Position numbers and translations under genes: made by a program
In this document: positions 9,491 through 18,628 of the stretch, piece by piece
How positions within the stretch are numbered: position 1 is the stretch's first letter
How the letters are laid out: every line of letters begins with the position of its first letter
Source: a virus
IMG/VR virus record: IMGVR_UViG_3300024329_000007
Location: 1-64,000 of that record
Direction: 5' to 3' (one strand)
Length of the DNA stretch: 64,000 nt
Notes under the pieces: generated by a model
Seen by the model: only the letters and a program-made list of their open reading frames with translations
The model's database searches: none
Told to the model about the DNA's origin: nothing

Positions 9491-11311
9491 TTATCCGTCA
9501 CATGATAAACAGTCTGGATCTGTTGCGGCCATTGCAATATCGCCTCTTAGTACAGATTCTGTTCTCATATAATAGAGTGTTTTAACTCCTTGCTTATAAG
9601 CTTCTAAATGAACTTGATTAATAAATTTAGGAGTAGCTTCAGAAGGGAATGCTAAATTTAAACTTACAGATTGGTCAACATATTGTTGTCTAACACCTGC
9701 TTGTTTTACAAGCTCTAATTGATTTACTTCTTTAAAGGTTTTAAATATATTTTTTAAAGACGTATAATTTCCTTTATCCATATCCGGAATTCTATCAAAA
9801 GCCTTTAGCTTTAATGGTTTATTATCTTTTGAAATAGGATCTCCAATTCTAACTTTATATTCATCAATAAAATCAAGGCCTAAAATGCTACCACCATCTG
9901 CTAGAATTTGATCCCAAACAGATTTAGTATTCTTACCAATTAAATCTAGAGCGTTTTCTAGTGTTGGGTTCTTTCTAATAAAAGTACCCTTTGCAGTTTG
10001 TTCTGTGAACACGTTAGCCGCCCAAGGCTCAATCCCTGCAGATACATTACCAGCAAGTTTTGAGTTGCTTACAGTTGGTGCTACGGCTCTAAGGTGAGTG
10101 TTTCTCATTCCAGTTCCTACGCACCATAAAGGCTCTCCCATTTCTAAAGCCATATCTCTAGAAGCCTTTTCACTTTCAGTCTTTAATTGACTAAAAATCT
10201 TTCTAGTCTCAAATTGAGCAGTTAAGCCCTCAAAAGGAATATTGTTATTCTGTAAATAAGTATGCCATCCAAGAACTCCAAGTCCTAATGCTCTACCTTT
10301 TTCTGCAGATCTTACTGAATTCTCAAAGCCTCTCATAAATTTAGCCTTTTGGATAAATTCACTTAAGACTCCATCAAGAAACCAAGTTGCTGTATAGACT
10401 AAATCAGTATCTTTCCACTCTTGATATCTTGCTAAGTTAACAGAAGATAGACAACAAACAAAAGAATGAGATTCATCTGTGTGTAAAGTAATTTCAGAAC
10501 AGATGTTAGTCATATAGACTTTTAATCCGTTTTGCTTATAAGCATCTGGATTTGCTCTGTTGACATTACCCTTAAACATTATATAAGGCTCTCCAGTAGA
10601 TCTACGTTTTCTAAGCACTGCGGCCCATCTTTTTCTAGACTCTTTATCGCCAGCTTCTACCTTTTGCATAAATCCATCCGGTACTATTACACATTGATGC
10701 ATATTAAGAGATTGTCTATTTACATCTCCTTTAGGCTCTCTAATTTCTAGCCATTCCCAGAAATCATCATGTTCAATATCAATATTAACTGACGCAGCTC
10801 CACGTCTGACAGACCCCTGGTTAGTAGCAAGGATTGTAGAGTCATATATTTTGCAGAACGGTACGACTCCGTCGCTTGTTCCATTACCTGTGATTTTTGC
10901 ACCTGCTGGTCTAATTTGATTTATTCCAATCCCAACGCCACCGCCATGTTTAGCAAGTAACATCATCTCTAGGTTTTTTTCACCTATATCGTGAATTGAA
11001 TCTGCAACATCAATACCGAAACAAGAAATAGGAAGTCCTCTTTCTAATCCAGTGTTTGATAATACAGGAGAGGCTAGGTTTAACCAGCCCTTCCATATAT
11101 AATCAAAGAACTTGCTTGCCATTTCCGGTTTTTCAAGTCTTTTAGCAACAGTAGTTGCAACTCTCCAATAAGCATCTTTAGGTGTTTCACTATCCATAAG
11201 ATATCCATTGCTTATTGTTTTAACATAAATTTCTGTATTTGCCCAAGTTGGAAAGTCAACTCCTAACTCCCAACCTAGGTCTTCTCCGTGGTTTATTTCT
11301 TTTTCTGTCAT
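9491..11311 (-). CDS. nrdA: Class I ribonucleotide reductase alpha subunit, no N-terminal ATP cone
   Basis: SPVLSN, ISCF, GGGVG, RRGA, NICSEI, APTVSNS, TLYY, C-terminal CLSCDG. Confidence 0.97.
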   Translation of the reverse strand: MTEKEINHGEDLGWELGVDFPTWANTEIYVKTISNGYLMDSETPKDAYWRVATTVAKRLEKPEMASKFFDYIWKGWLNLASPVLSNTGLERGLPISCFGIDVADSIHDIGEKNLEMMLLAKHGGGVGIGINQIRPAGAKITGNGTSDGVVPFCKIYDSTILATNQGSVRRGAASVNIDIEHDDFWEWLEIREPKGDVNRQSLNMHQCVIVPDGFMQKVEAGDKESRKRWAAVLRKRRSTGEPYIMFKGNVNRANPDAYKQNGLKVYMTNICSEITLHTDESHSFVCCLSSVNLARYQEWKDTDLVYTATWFLDGVLSEFIQKAKFMRGFENSVRSAEKGRALGLGVLGWHTYLQNNNIPFEGLTAQFETRKIFSQLKTESEKASRDMALEMGEPLWCVGTGMRNTHLRAVAPTVSNSKLAGNVSAGIEPWAANVFTEQTAKGTFIRKNPTLENALDLIGKNTKSVWDQILADGGSILGLDFIDEYKVRIGDPISKDNKPLKLKAFDRIPDMDKGNYTSLKNIFKTFKEVNQLELVKQAGVRQQYVDQSVSLNLAFPSEATPKFINQVHLEAYKQGVKTLYYMRTESVLRGDIAMAATDPDCLSCDG

Positions 11312-11320
11312 ATTATTTTA

Positions 11321-12322
11321 TTAATCGAATAAATCGTCTTCGTCCCAGTTTTCATCTTCTCCAGCTTTAGCATAATCAGTAGGTCTGATTGCAAAAAAGT
11401 CTGTATGCGTGTGCCCTCCAGTTAAATGATAAAACCAATCTAATTCTGCAGCTAAATCCTCATCAAACTTAAATTCAGATTCATAGCCTAATTCTATTAG
11501 CTTTTCATTAGTTCTTTTAGTAATAAAGTGTTTTAAGCTTTCAGCCTTCATATTATCTAAATCGCCCATCTCAAACATTTTATCAATAAACTTGTGTTCC
11601 ATTTGACGCATCATATCTGCTGCTTGTAATACATCATGGTAAACTTCTTGTTTTAGTTCTGGATATTCTTGGCACATGTGTCTAAATAATTGGCAGCCCA
11701 TTTTAGAATGAAGTGATTCATCTCTAACTGACCATTTCATTTGCTGCCCAATACCTTTAAGTAAGTTTCTCATTTGGAATGAGTATAAAACTGCAAAAGA
11801 ACTATAGAGGCTTACTCCTTCTGCAAAAGCAGAAAAAATTGCTAAAGATCTTGCCACCTCTTTTCTTGCTGTTGGGTTTTCTGATAAATCCTTGTGTGTA
11901 TAATTTGCAGAAGTTGAAGTTAGTAACTCAAACTTTTCTGCAATTGCTGGCTCATGTAAGAATGCCGCAAAATCTTCTAGGCCTAATGTCTCATTTAAGT
12001 AAGAATACGCAGTTGCATGTATTGTTTCCTGAGAGCCGAACATCATTGCCATCTGTTTGATTTCATGTTTCGGGAACCATGTGGTTACATATTGTGTCCA
12101 ATAATCAGAAACTGCACATTCTGTTTGTGCAAATCCTAAAAGTATATTACCTACAATATTTTTTTCTGGTTCTGTTAATCTTTCGTTCCAATCTTTAACA
12201 TCTCCTTGCATGGAGATTTCAGTATGTAACCAAAATGCTTGTGCTTGTTTAAGCCAACCTTCTGTATAGTACTCTGGGTACTCAAATGGCTTATATTCTA
12301 TTCTTTCTTTAAATAATGACAT
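11321..12322 (-). CDS. nrdB: Class I ribonucleotide reductase beta subunit
   Basis: FW..E, ETIHATAYS, EGVSLYSSF, RDESLH, DFF. Confidence 0.97.
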   Translation of the reverse strand: MSLFKERIEYKPFEYPEYYTEGWLKQAQAFWLHTEISMQGDVKDWNERLTEPEKNIVGNILLGFAQTECAVSDYWTQYVTTWFPKHEIKQMAMMFGSQETIHATAYSYLNETLGLEDFAAFLHEPAIAEKFELLTSTSANYTHKDLSENPTARKEVARSLAIFSAFAEGVSLYSSFAVLYSFQMRNLLKGIGQQMKWSVRDESLHSKMGCQLFRHMCQEYPELKQEVYHDVLQAADMMRQMEHKFIDKMFEMGDLDNMKAESLKHFITKRTNEKLIELGYESEFKFDEDLAAELDWFYHLTGGHTHTDFFAIRPTDYAKAGEDENWDEDDLFD

Positions 12323-12415
12323 ATTTGCTAATGATTTTTTTAATATTCAGTTAAGGCTAAAAAAGGTCTGCTTTTAGGTAGACCCACTTTAATCAATAAC
12401 ATAAGTTGTTTAATA

Positions 12416-12470
12416 AAATTACTAGCAGCGCTGCTTAGTGTTTTATATATCTTCATGCTGCTGGTAATTT
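12416..12470 (-). promoter_or_regulatory. Long inverted repeat enclosing a GATATATA late-type promoter upstream of nrdB
   Basis: AAATTACCAGCAGC...GCTGCTAGTAATTT (13/14 bp); GATATATA at 12444-12451 lies in the loop. Confidence 0.55.
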
Positions 12471-12476
12471 CTAAAA

Positions 12477-13877
12477 TTATACTTTAAATTTTTTTTTCAA
12501 TTCGTGTGCTTTTTCATAATAAGTATAAGAAGTCTTCTTATATTCCTTACGTTGTCCATATAGATCGCTTAGGATCAATTTTAGCATTGAATCTTCTTTT
12601 TTGTAGACAGCTCCGTTTTCACAAACAATAATATCTTTTTCTTTTCTTTTTTGTTTAACTTCCATTTCTGGAATCATTTCTATAAAAGAATCAGGAGAGA
12701 TATTAAACTGCCTCATAACCGATGGATATAGAGAAGCAAAGTCAAATGCGCTAACCCCAGAGTAATATCCAACAATCGGTTGTTTAACAAAAGCACCCTC
12801 ATATTTAGTATCTTTTTTAGTATCGCGATCCCATTCTACTGCAATTTTTTTATTATCAGTAGCTAGTTTTCTAGCGATTAAAGATTCTGTAACAGCAACC
12901 GGAGAGGCTGCTTTATATAAAGGCATTCTTGTAATTGTTGCTAAAGTCAATAGAACTTCCATTGATCTTAGCTTTTCATCTATATAATATACAAGACATG
13001 AATCGACTACGTTATAATAGATATATTTTACAAAGTTATTTTCATAAAGTTCTTGTAGTCCACCTGTGTATTTAATTTTAGCAACATCAAGTACTGCGCC
13101 TGAAACAAAATCAAGTGAATTAGATTCTTTAACAGCAACTGATCTATCGTACTTATCATAAAGTTGCATGTAATCTAAAATACCCATGTGTAAAGGTCGA
13201 CCATCTTTTTTATCTAAAGAACCAGTAATTGCTACTTCAGTTAAATCAATCTGAAGACGTTTACATCTATTAACTATATATTGCCAATCATAATTGATAA
13301 AATTCCAGCCGGTCATCATAGGGAATTTAGGTAAAAACTTATGCAAGAATGTATATAGCATATTATACTCATCCTTAAACTTATAATAAGAGAATTCCCA
13401 GTCTTGGTCATAATCTTTAAAGTGTGCATTTGTATCGTCTTCTATCTTTTTAATTTCAGCTGGAGACATATCGTTTAATCCGAGAACAATAGCTTTACGT
13501 TCTGGCGTGATAATAGAGAATGATAGGATTCTAGATTTAGCTTCTTCTGGCTTTGGAAAACCATCTACAATTTCTGTTTCAATATCCACAAAATAAGTAC
13601 GTGGCATATTAAACTCATAGATCTCTTCTTTATCTTTTTCCGGAAGGCTATCCATGAAATAAAGTAGACTAAACTTATTAAATGATTTAGAAATGCTACG
13701 TTTTATAGAACGGCCATCCCAGTTTTTAAAGTTTTGATCTCGCCACTTGTCACTATCTTTAGCAATAGTCCAGTTTTGGAATTTGTCTACAGGGTATCTT
13801 TTAAATGAAACCTTACCCTCTTTGTTGTAATAAGACACGATAAGCTCGCGTTCTGTTTGTTCTATATCTAATAACAT
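12477..13877 (-). CDS. 43A: Family B DNA polymerase, N-terminal subunit (gp43A: 3'-5' exonuclease and motif A)
   Basis: Exo I DIET, Exo II GWNFINYD, Exo III YNVVD, YEGAFV, motif A DFASLYPS, NISP. Confidence 0.93.
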   Translation of the reverse strand: MLLDIEQTERELIVSYYNKEGKVSFKRYPVDKFQNWTIAKDSDKWRDQNFKNWDGRSIKRSISKSFNKFSLLYFMDSLPEKDKEEIYEFNMPRTYFVDIETEIVDGFPKPEEAKSRILSFSIITPERKAIVLGLNDMSPAEIKKIEDDTNAHFKDYDQDWEFSYYKFKDEYNMLYTFLHKFLPKFPMMTGWNFINYDWQYIVNRCKRLQIDLTEVAITGSLDKKDGRPLHMGILDYMQLYDKYDRSVAVKESNSLDFVSGAVLDVAKIKYTGGLQELYENNFVKYIYYNVVDSCLVYYIDEKLRSMEVLLTLATITRMPLYKAASPVAVTESLIARKLATDNKKIAVEWDRDTKKDTKYEGAFVKQPIVGYYSGVSAFDFASLYPSVMRQFNISPDSFIEMIPEMEVKQKRKEKDIIVCENGAVYKKEDSMLKLILSDLYGQRKEYKKTSYTYYEKAHELKKKFKV

Positions 13878-14344
13878 TAATAGCCTCTTTTTTGACGTTG
13901 AACATTCTCTTCTGCTTTCGCAAAATAGTAATTGTAAGCGGTCTTTGCGTCAAGGCCTATGGACGCGGCATAATTAATAAAGAAGTGTAGAATATCTACC
14001 CATTCCATATATAGTTCTTTTTTATCATCTTCAGATAAATCAGAAACTTTCTTGTTATCAAATGTTGAGAAGTCTTTCTTCCAGTATTTCCATACTGCAT
14101 TTCCACTTCCGTCTTTAATTCCACCAAGAGCATCTGTCATTTCGTGAATTTCATCAATTACAGCATGAGTATTACAGTGCCAGAAATTCATTACATCTCG
14201 CAATGACATTTCTTCAAAGTTAAAACCATAGGTTTTTTCTTGCATGTTTTTTTGATGAGACATAATGTCTTCTAAGTGTGTTGTTGATTCTGCGTAGAAG
14301 TCTTTTACTTCAAGGTCTTTACATTCGTTGTCTATGTTCGCCAT
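13877..14344 (-). CDS. All-alpha dimeric dUTPase/dCTPase (T4 gp56/MazG-like)
   Basis: DEIHEMTD, WKYWK, EWVDILHFF, KxxENxxRQxxGY. Confidence 0.85.
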   Translation of the reverse strand: MANIDNECKDLEVKDFYAESTTHLEDIMSHQKNMQEKTYGFNFEEMSLRDVMNFWHCNTHAVIDEIHEMTDALGGIKDGSGNAVWKYWKKDFSTFDNKKVSDLSEDDKKELYMEWVDILHFFINYAASIGLDAKTAYNYYFAKAEENVQRQKRGY

Positions 14345-14365
14345 GTGATTTTTTTTATAATTGTT

Positions 14366-14390
14366 TTATAGATAGTATTCCATTAGTTTC
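14366..14390 (-). promoter_or_regulatory. GAAAC-N15-TATAA promoter upstream of dUTPase and gp43A
   Basis: TGAAACTAATGGAATACTATCTATAAAA. Confidence 0.5.
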
Positions 14391-14394
14391 AATA

Positions 14395-14889
14395 CTAGTC
14401 CCACCATTTTTGAATATTATGTTCTATTAAATCCCACGCCAGTTTGTGGGCTCTTTTTTGTTTTATTCTAGAATTAAGTTGCTCTGCACTCTTTTCTTCC
14501 GATATTATTAATAGCTCAGAATCCGTATAATTATGCTCATATTCTTCAACCATTTCATAATATGGATTACCATTTGCATCAGTTTCTTTAGATTCTATAA
14601 ATCTAAAATCAGAAGGGCCATATTTTTCTTTAATAATATCCGTATATTCCATGGCATAATCTTCTTCATAAACTTTTTCTAACAACTCAACTACAGTTCT
14701 AATTCTTTTAGCATCAGAAAGAGACGTAGTATGTCTGTTCTTTTTTTCAAGATAATCTGCAGTTCTTAAAAGTTGATACGAGAATAGATCAATAGCATAT
14801 CTATAATCAAAATCTGCACCATGCCATATTAATGGAAAGAATTCAAATATTCTTTTTATCTGTCTGTATTTTCTTTTTATGTACCGCAT
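14395..14889 (-). CDS. Hypothetical protein
   Basis: 164-aa ORF coupled to the PLP-enzyme gene; ends in WWD. Confidence 0.7.
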   Translation of the reverse strand: MRYIKRKYRQIKRIFEFFPLIWHGADFDYRYAIDLFSYQLLRTADYLEKKNRHTTSLSDAKRIRTVVELLEKVYEEDYAMEYTDIIKEKYGPSDFRFIESKETDANGNPYYEMVEEYEHNYTDSELLIISEEKSAEQLNSRIKQKRAHKLAWDLIEHNIQKWWD

Positions 14890-15785
14890 TACATATCCAT
14901 TGTTTTAATCTCGCCCCACTCTCTTTCCGAGTCCATATTTATTTTTGTATCTAATAATTCTGGTTTAGGGTCACCGCCCACATTCCAGAACCAAGAACCT
15001 GGACTTCCATGTTTAGCCATAAATTCCCATGCCTTAGCATCATAATTAAGAGCTGATGGAAATGGTGGTATATTATCTGGGTGTACGTTTTGAGTAAATG
15101 CCTTTGGATGAGACCATAGTTTTGCCCTACCTCTCTCTCCAGTTTTAATATTTCTAGAGACTGCAACTGCATTAAAATTAGCATCTGGCCAGGCTATTTG
15201 TAAAGATCTAGATAGAACGCCAGTAGATATTGCTGACCATACTTCTTCCGGATATCCATGTTTCTCTGCAAGATCGTATGCAACCTTGACAGCAGCTGCT
15301 GTAACAAGCTCATGACGAAGTCCAAGTGGAATAAATGTTGCATTATTTTCTTGGGCCCATTTTTTAGCATGTGCATTTAATACTGGCATTGCAGCAATTC
15401 TTTTAAATTTAAGTTCAGCACCTCGTTCAGCACAAATAGCCTGATGATCTGAAATCTCTTTTTGACTTGGGCAAAATAGAACTAATTTTTTATTATATTT
15501 TTTTGCTAGGTATCCAAGTGAAATACCAGCGAAACCATATCTTGGTTGTACATATACCAAAGTATCTGTCGGTGCTTTCTGAACTAAAATATCTCCAAAC
15601 CTACATTTAGATCCAAAGCCCATCATATCTTCCCTAACAACTTTAAAGCCATCGTGGTCTATTAGTTGTGGTGAATCAAAAGGATCTTCCCAATCACCTG
15701 CTAAATCTAACCATGCCTGTCTATTTGGCATCATTAGATTTAGATCCTGGTTCATTAAACTTTTTGTGTGGTTATTATGCGCCAT
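14889..15785 (-). CDS. Fold-type II PLP-dependent enzyme; likely decarboxylase/lyase acting on a modified DNA base
   Basis: VVRED...GSKCR (Schiff-base Lys), GFAGISL, GAEL, IPLGL, AISTGVL phosphate loop, YDAKAW, WNV; adjacent to the transferase-like gene. Confidence 0.8.
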   Translation of the reverse strand: MAHNNHTKSLMNQDLNLMMPNRQAWLDLAGDWEDPFDSPQLIDHDGFKVVREDMMGFGSKCRFGDILVQKAPTDTLVYVQPRYGFAGISLGYLAKKYNKKLVLFCPSQKEISDHQAICAERGAELKFKRIAAMPVLNAHAKKWAQENNATFIPLGLRHELVTAAAVKVAYDLAEKHGYPEEVWSAISTGVLSRSLQIAWPDANFNAVAVSRNIKTGERGRAKLWSHPKAFTQNVHPDNIPPFPSALNYDAKAWEFMAKHGSPGSWFWNVGGDPKPELLDTKINMDSEREWGEIKTMDM

Positions 15786-16992
15786 AAAATTCTTTTACTT
15801 TTTGTTTATATTCTTCTGGTTTAATTCCAGCCGCATCTAAAACCTTAAGGTCAGATGGAAATGAAGTCATACCATTAAATGTTTCTAATAGACCAAGGTC
15901 TAACATAGCCCTTTGTCTTCCTGATGGATGGTCTTTAATTGTAGATGAGTTCCATAAAGTGTCCATGTTAATATGTGCATAATCAGCACCTGGCCTTAGA
16001 TAGTTTTCAATCCATCTAATAAAGTCACAGGCTACATCCTCAGCATTATAAGGTAGACTACCAGTATCTTCATAGATCTTAGTCATAACTGCATCCAAGA
16101 ACTCTTCAGATTTCTTACCTTTCTTTTCTACAGGATCTGCAAGATAACCAATACATTCTACTGCATTAGTACCATAATAGAACATTGATTCTCTATTCAT
16201 AAATTCTGGGTACCAATCACATACATCTGCAATAACTGCAGCATACTGGAATCTATAAGCTCTTAATCCATTTGCAGCATTCCAATCAAACATCCATTGG
16301 CCAAGCTCTCTTAAATCCTTCTTACCACCTTCTCTTAAAAAGTTTGCCATATCTCTTGCCATTCTCGGTGCAAACTCACATAAGAAATAATCGCCACCTT
16401 TTTTATAAACATATTCTGGTTCTGTAAAGTTATCCATTCCTACAAATAAATCCTCATTCCCGGAGGGTTTTGGTGGCTTAGGAAATGCTGGAAACTGATA
16501 GCCAACTGAAGTATAAAAAGAAGTTGGATGGTGTTTCACCTTTTCACACATATCTTCAATAGTGTCACAATCATATAAATCAAATAAGATTGTGTTATGA
16601 TATCCGGATGGTTTAGTTGCATAATTAATTGCAGAGCCACAAACTCTATGGAGAATAAAAATATAGAGCCATTCTTCTAATCCAAAAACTTCTTGCCTTC
16701 CAGTCCAATTCTTTGCAACCTCTTCTCTTTGGGGGTAAATTTTACCAGCTTGCATGTGTTTCCAATAAGGATGTTCTGGGGCCCAACCATAAAAACAATC
16801 ATTTATGATCTGACTAAAACCTGCATACTTGCGCTCGACAACATCATATAATTGAATCTGTTCCATAAGAGGATCTTGCATGCCACTCTCATCATGTGGA
16901 GTCATACCAAGGTTTGAAAGCTCTTGTTGCTTTTTAGCAAGAGCAAAATACCTTAAAAACTCATCGTAATATTTTGTTGTTGTTATCTGCAT
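15775..16992 (-). CDS. Amino acid:DNA transferase-like protein (aGPT-Pplase superfamily, DNA-glycosylase-like helical fold)
   Basis: Motif order YDVVER, LHR, FQYAAVIAD, YGTNAVECI, AEDVACDFIRW parallels aGPT-Pplase1 (FTNVxR, FxAYQxxxD, GPGA, xNxxCEFxK); PLP-enzyme neighbour matches known thymidine-hypermodification loci. Confidence 0.6.
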   Translation of the reverse strand: MQITTTKYYDEFLRYFALAKKQQELSNLGMTPHDESGMQDPLMEQIQLYDVVERKYAGFSQIINDCFYGWAPEHPYWKHMQAGKIYPQREEVAKNWTGRQEVFGLEEWLYIFILHRVCGSAINYATKPSGYHNTILFDLYDCDTIEDMCEKVKHHPTSFYTSVGYQFPAFPKPPKPSGNEDLFVGMDNFTEPEYVYKKGGDYFLCEFAPRMARDMANFLREGGKKDLRELGQWMFDWNAANGLRAYRFQYAAVIADVCDWYPEFMNRESMFYYGTNAVECIGYLADPVEKKGKKSEEFLDAVMTKIYEDTGSLPYNAEDVACDFIRWIENYLRPGADYAHINMDTLWNSSTIKDHPSGRQRAMLDLGLLETFNGMTSFPSDLKVLDAAGIKPEEYKQKVKEFYGA

Positions 16993-17144
16993 TAATCTTT
17001 AATTAATTCCCATGTTAATGCATCTCTATTTCTCTGATACTGATCCATAGACCAATTAAGATCTGCTGTTGCTATCTCTAAAATATAGCTTGCATCTGGT
17101 GCATTGTGTGGTGTAATTCTAATTCTGTAGTCTATTGCTTTCAT
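16992..17144 (-). CDS. Small hypothetical protein, 50 aa (not in the ORF track)
   Basis: MKAIDYRIRITPHNAPDASYILEIATADLNWSMDQYQRNRDALTWELIKD*; TAATG stop/start overlap with the downstream gene. Confidence 0.7.
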   Translation of the reverse strand: MKAIDYRIRITPHNAPDASYILEIATADLNWSMDQYQRNRDALTWELIKD

Positions 17145-17146
17145 AT

Positions 17147-18217
17147 TTAAAATAGCGCTGTTTGAATAGTTGCGACTTCTAATTTTTTATTAGGTTCATT
17201 GTTAATTAAATCCCATCTATAGAATTCTCTAGCCAAGTGTACTGATTTAGGTTTTTCCATAACATCAAAACTTAATTCGCCTAGTGCATTTTTATATGCA
17301 TCTGAATGTTGCCATGTAGACCAACCATTACGATCACACATTGAAACTATCATCTCATTCATAAGATTTACCAGATTAGTTCTCTCTTGCCAAGAGCCAG
17401 CAAATGGTGTTCCTTTATAATAACCAGTCTTTGGTAGCTTGCGAGATTCATTCTCAATAGGCAATGCTTGTATAACTTCTATAGTTTTTATACCTGAATC
17501 AATAAGCGCTTGCTCATACTGAGCCATCATCTTAGTTAGGGCCGCACTGGGATCTGACTGTCGCATTAAATGATGTCTTATGTCGATATTACCAAGGTAG
17601 ATCCTAAGATCAGTGGTCCATGGGTAAACATACTCTGCGAGTCCACGTTTTAGGGTCCCGAATAAAGTTAAACCATCATTACGATTTACCATATACCCAG
17701 GAGTATACATACTAAAAGAATGACTATCACCAAAACAGAGTTTATCTGTTTTTTCAATATGATCTACTCTATGAATAAAATCACTACAAATTTTAGTAGC
17801 CATTTCTATTTTATCTTCTAGAGTTTTAAATAGATCAGATCCGGTCTTAAGTCTTTTAGTTATAAGCTCACCAATATCTGGCATATCGTGGTGCATACTG
17901 TACATTCTTACTCCACAAAATAATCTATTTAGTTGATGGTATAAATCATCATTTGCACCTCCAAAAATATTAAAGGTGCCTTTAAATTCCATACCATGAT
18001 CTAATATGATTCTGTCATATTTAGTCCAGTCTTCACTAACGCTAGTAATTACTGTCACATCTTTATATCCAGCAGTTCTTAATTGATTTGCAAGCATAAA
18101 AGGCCAAGCACTTTTATGCGAACTTAACTTATCTGAAAACTTACCAACTAAAATTGCAATTCCAATCTTAATATCAGTGTGTGGTTCTAATTCTGTGAAG
18201 TACTTAAATTCCTGCAT
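17147..18217 (-). CDS. Two-domain protein: N-terminal domain resembling the T4 beta-glucosyltransferase N-domain fused to an SGNH/GDSL hydrolase-acyltransferase domain (probable start MQEF at 18217)
   Basis: SGNH blocks FGDSH, G, GNID, SVH; N-terminal KIGIAILVG...YDRIIL...FNIFGG...MYSMHHDMP. Confidence 0.6.
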   Translation of the reverse strand: MQEFKYFTELEPHTDIKIGIAILVGKFSDKLSSHKSAWPFMLANQLRTAGYKDVTVITSVSEDWTKYDRIILDHGMEFKGTFNIFGGANDDLYHQLNRLFCGVRMYSMHHDMPDIGELITKRLKTGSDLFKTLEDKIEMATKICSDFIHRVDHIEKTDKLCFGDSHSFSMYTPGYMVNRNDGLTLFGTLKRGLAEYVYPWTTDLRIYLGNIDIRHHLMRQSDPSAALTKMMAQYEQALIDSGIKTIEVIQALPIENESRKLPKTGYYKGTPFAGSWQERTNLVNLMNEMIVSMCDRNGWSTWQHSDAYKNALGELSFDVMEKPKSVHLAREFYRWDLINNEPNKKLEVATIQTALF

Positions 18218-18521
18218 CTGCGTCGGTTGTATTGATTGGTTTTTCAGTTTCGCCATACCCATATTTTTTAATATAGTTATCTAGGCCGCCAATATATGCA
18301 ACAGCATCAAGAAGGTTATCTTCTTTATAATTATAAGAATGTCTACTTAATTTAAGTGCGACTAACGCAGCATACATGTCAGCTCCGGTAAATTCTTTGC
18401 CAGTCATACCTGAGCAAACCATTGCAGCTCGACGCATACCTTCTTCAAAAGGGCCATACATGCGTTCTTTCTCTTCTGATCTATGATTAATAATCTTGTC
18501 AGCTTCGTTTAATATATTCAT
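18204..18521 (-). CDS. DUF6378-like all-alpha nucleotide pyrophosphohydrolase (probable start MNIL at 18521)
   Basis: ILNEA..II...R...YG.F, LKLSR, EDNLLDAVAY; the longer start in the ORF track would run through a promoter and a terminator. Confidence 0.7.
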   Translation of the reverse strand: MNILNEADKIINHRSEEKERMYGPFEEGMRRAAMVCSGMTGKEFTGADMYAALVALKLSRHSYNYKEDNLLDAVAYIGGLDNYIKKYGYGETEKPINTTDADAGI

Positions 18522-18537
18522 GTGATTTACTTTAGTG

Positions 18538-18564
18538 TTATATGTGTAATTGCTAGTTTGTTTA
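18538..18564 (-). promoter_or_regulatory. TAAAC-N17-TATAA promoter heading the base-modification cluster
   Basis: TAAACAAACTAGCAATTACACATATAAC, directly after a terminator. Confidence 0.5.
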
Positions 18565-18577
18565 GATTTAAACCAAT

Positions 18578-18603
18578 AAAAAAGGCCAGTCTTTCGACTG
18601 GCC
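18578..18603 (-). terminator. Intrinsic terminator
   Basis: GGCCAGTC-GAAA-GACTGGCC followed by T6. Confidence 0.9.
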
Positions 18604-18628
18604 AATTTAGGAAGTAGAGTTTCAGATC

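Noticed and set aside
7374-13877. Split intein or group I intron joining the polymerase halves
   Set aside because: No Cys/Ser-initiated intein N-part at the end of gp43A, no HN-C/S/T at the start of gp43B, and the intervening DNA is ordinary genes
18218-18605. Longer starts given in the ORF track for the 371-aa and 133-aa ORFs
   Set aside because: They create a long overlap or run through a terminator and promoter; downstream ATGs at 18217 and 18521 fit better
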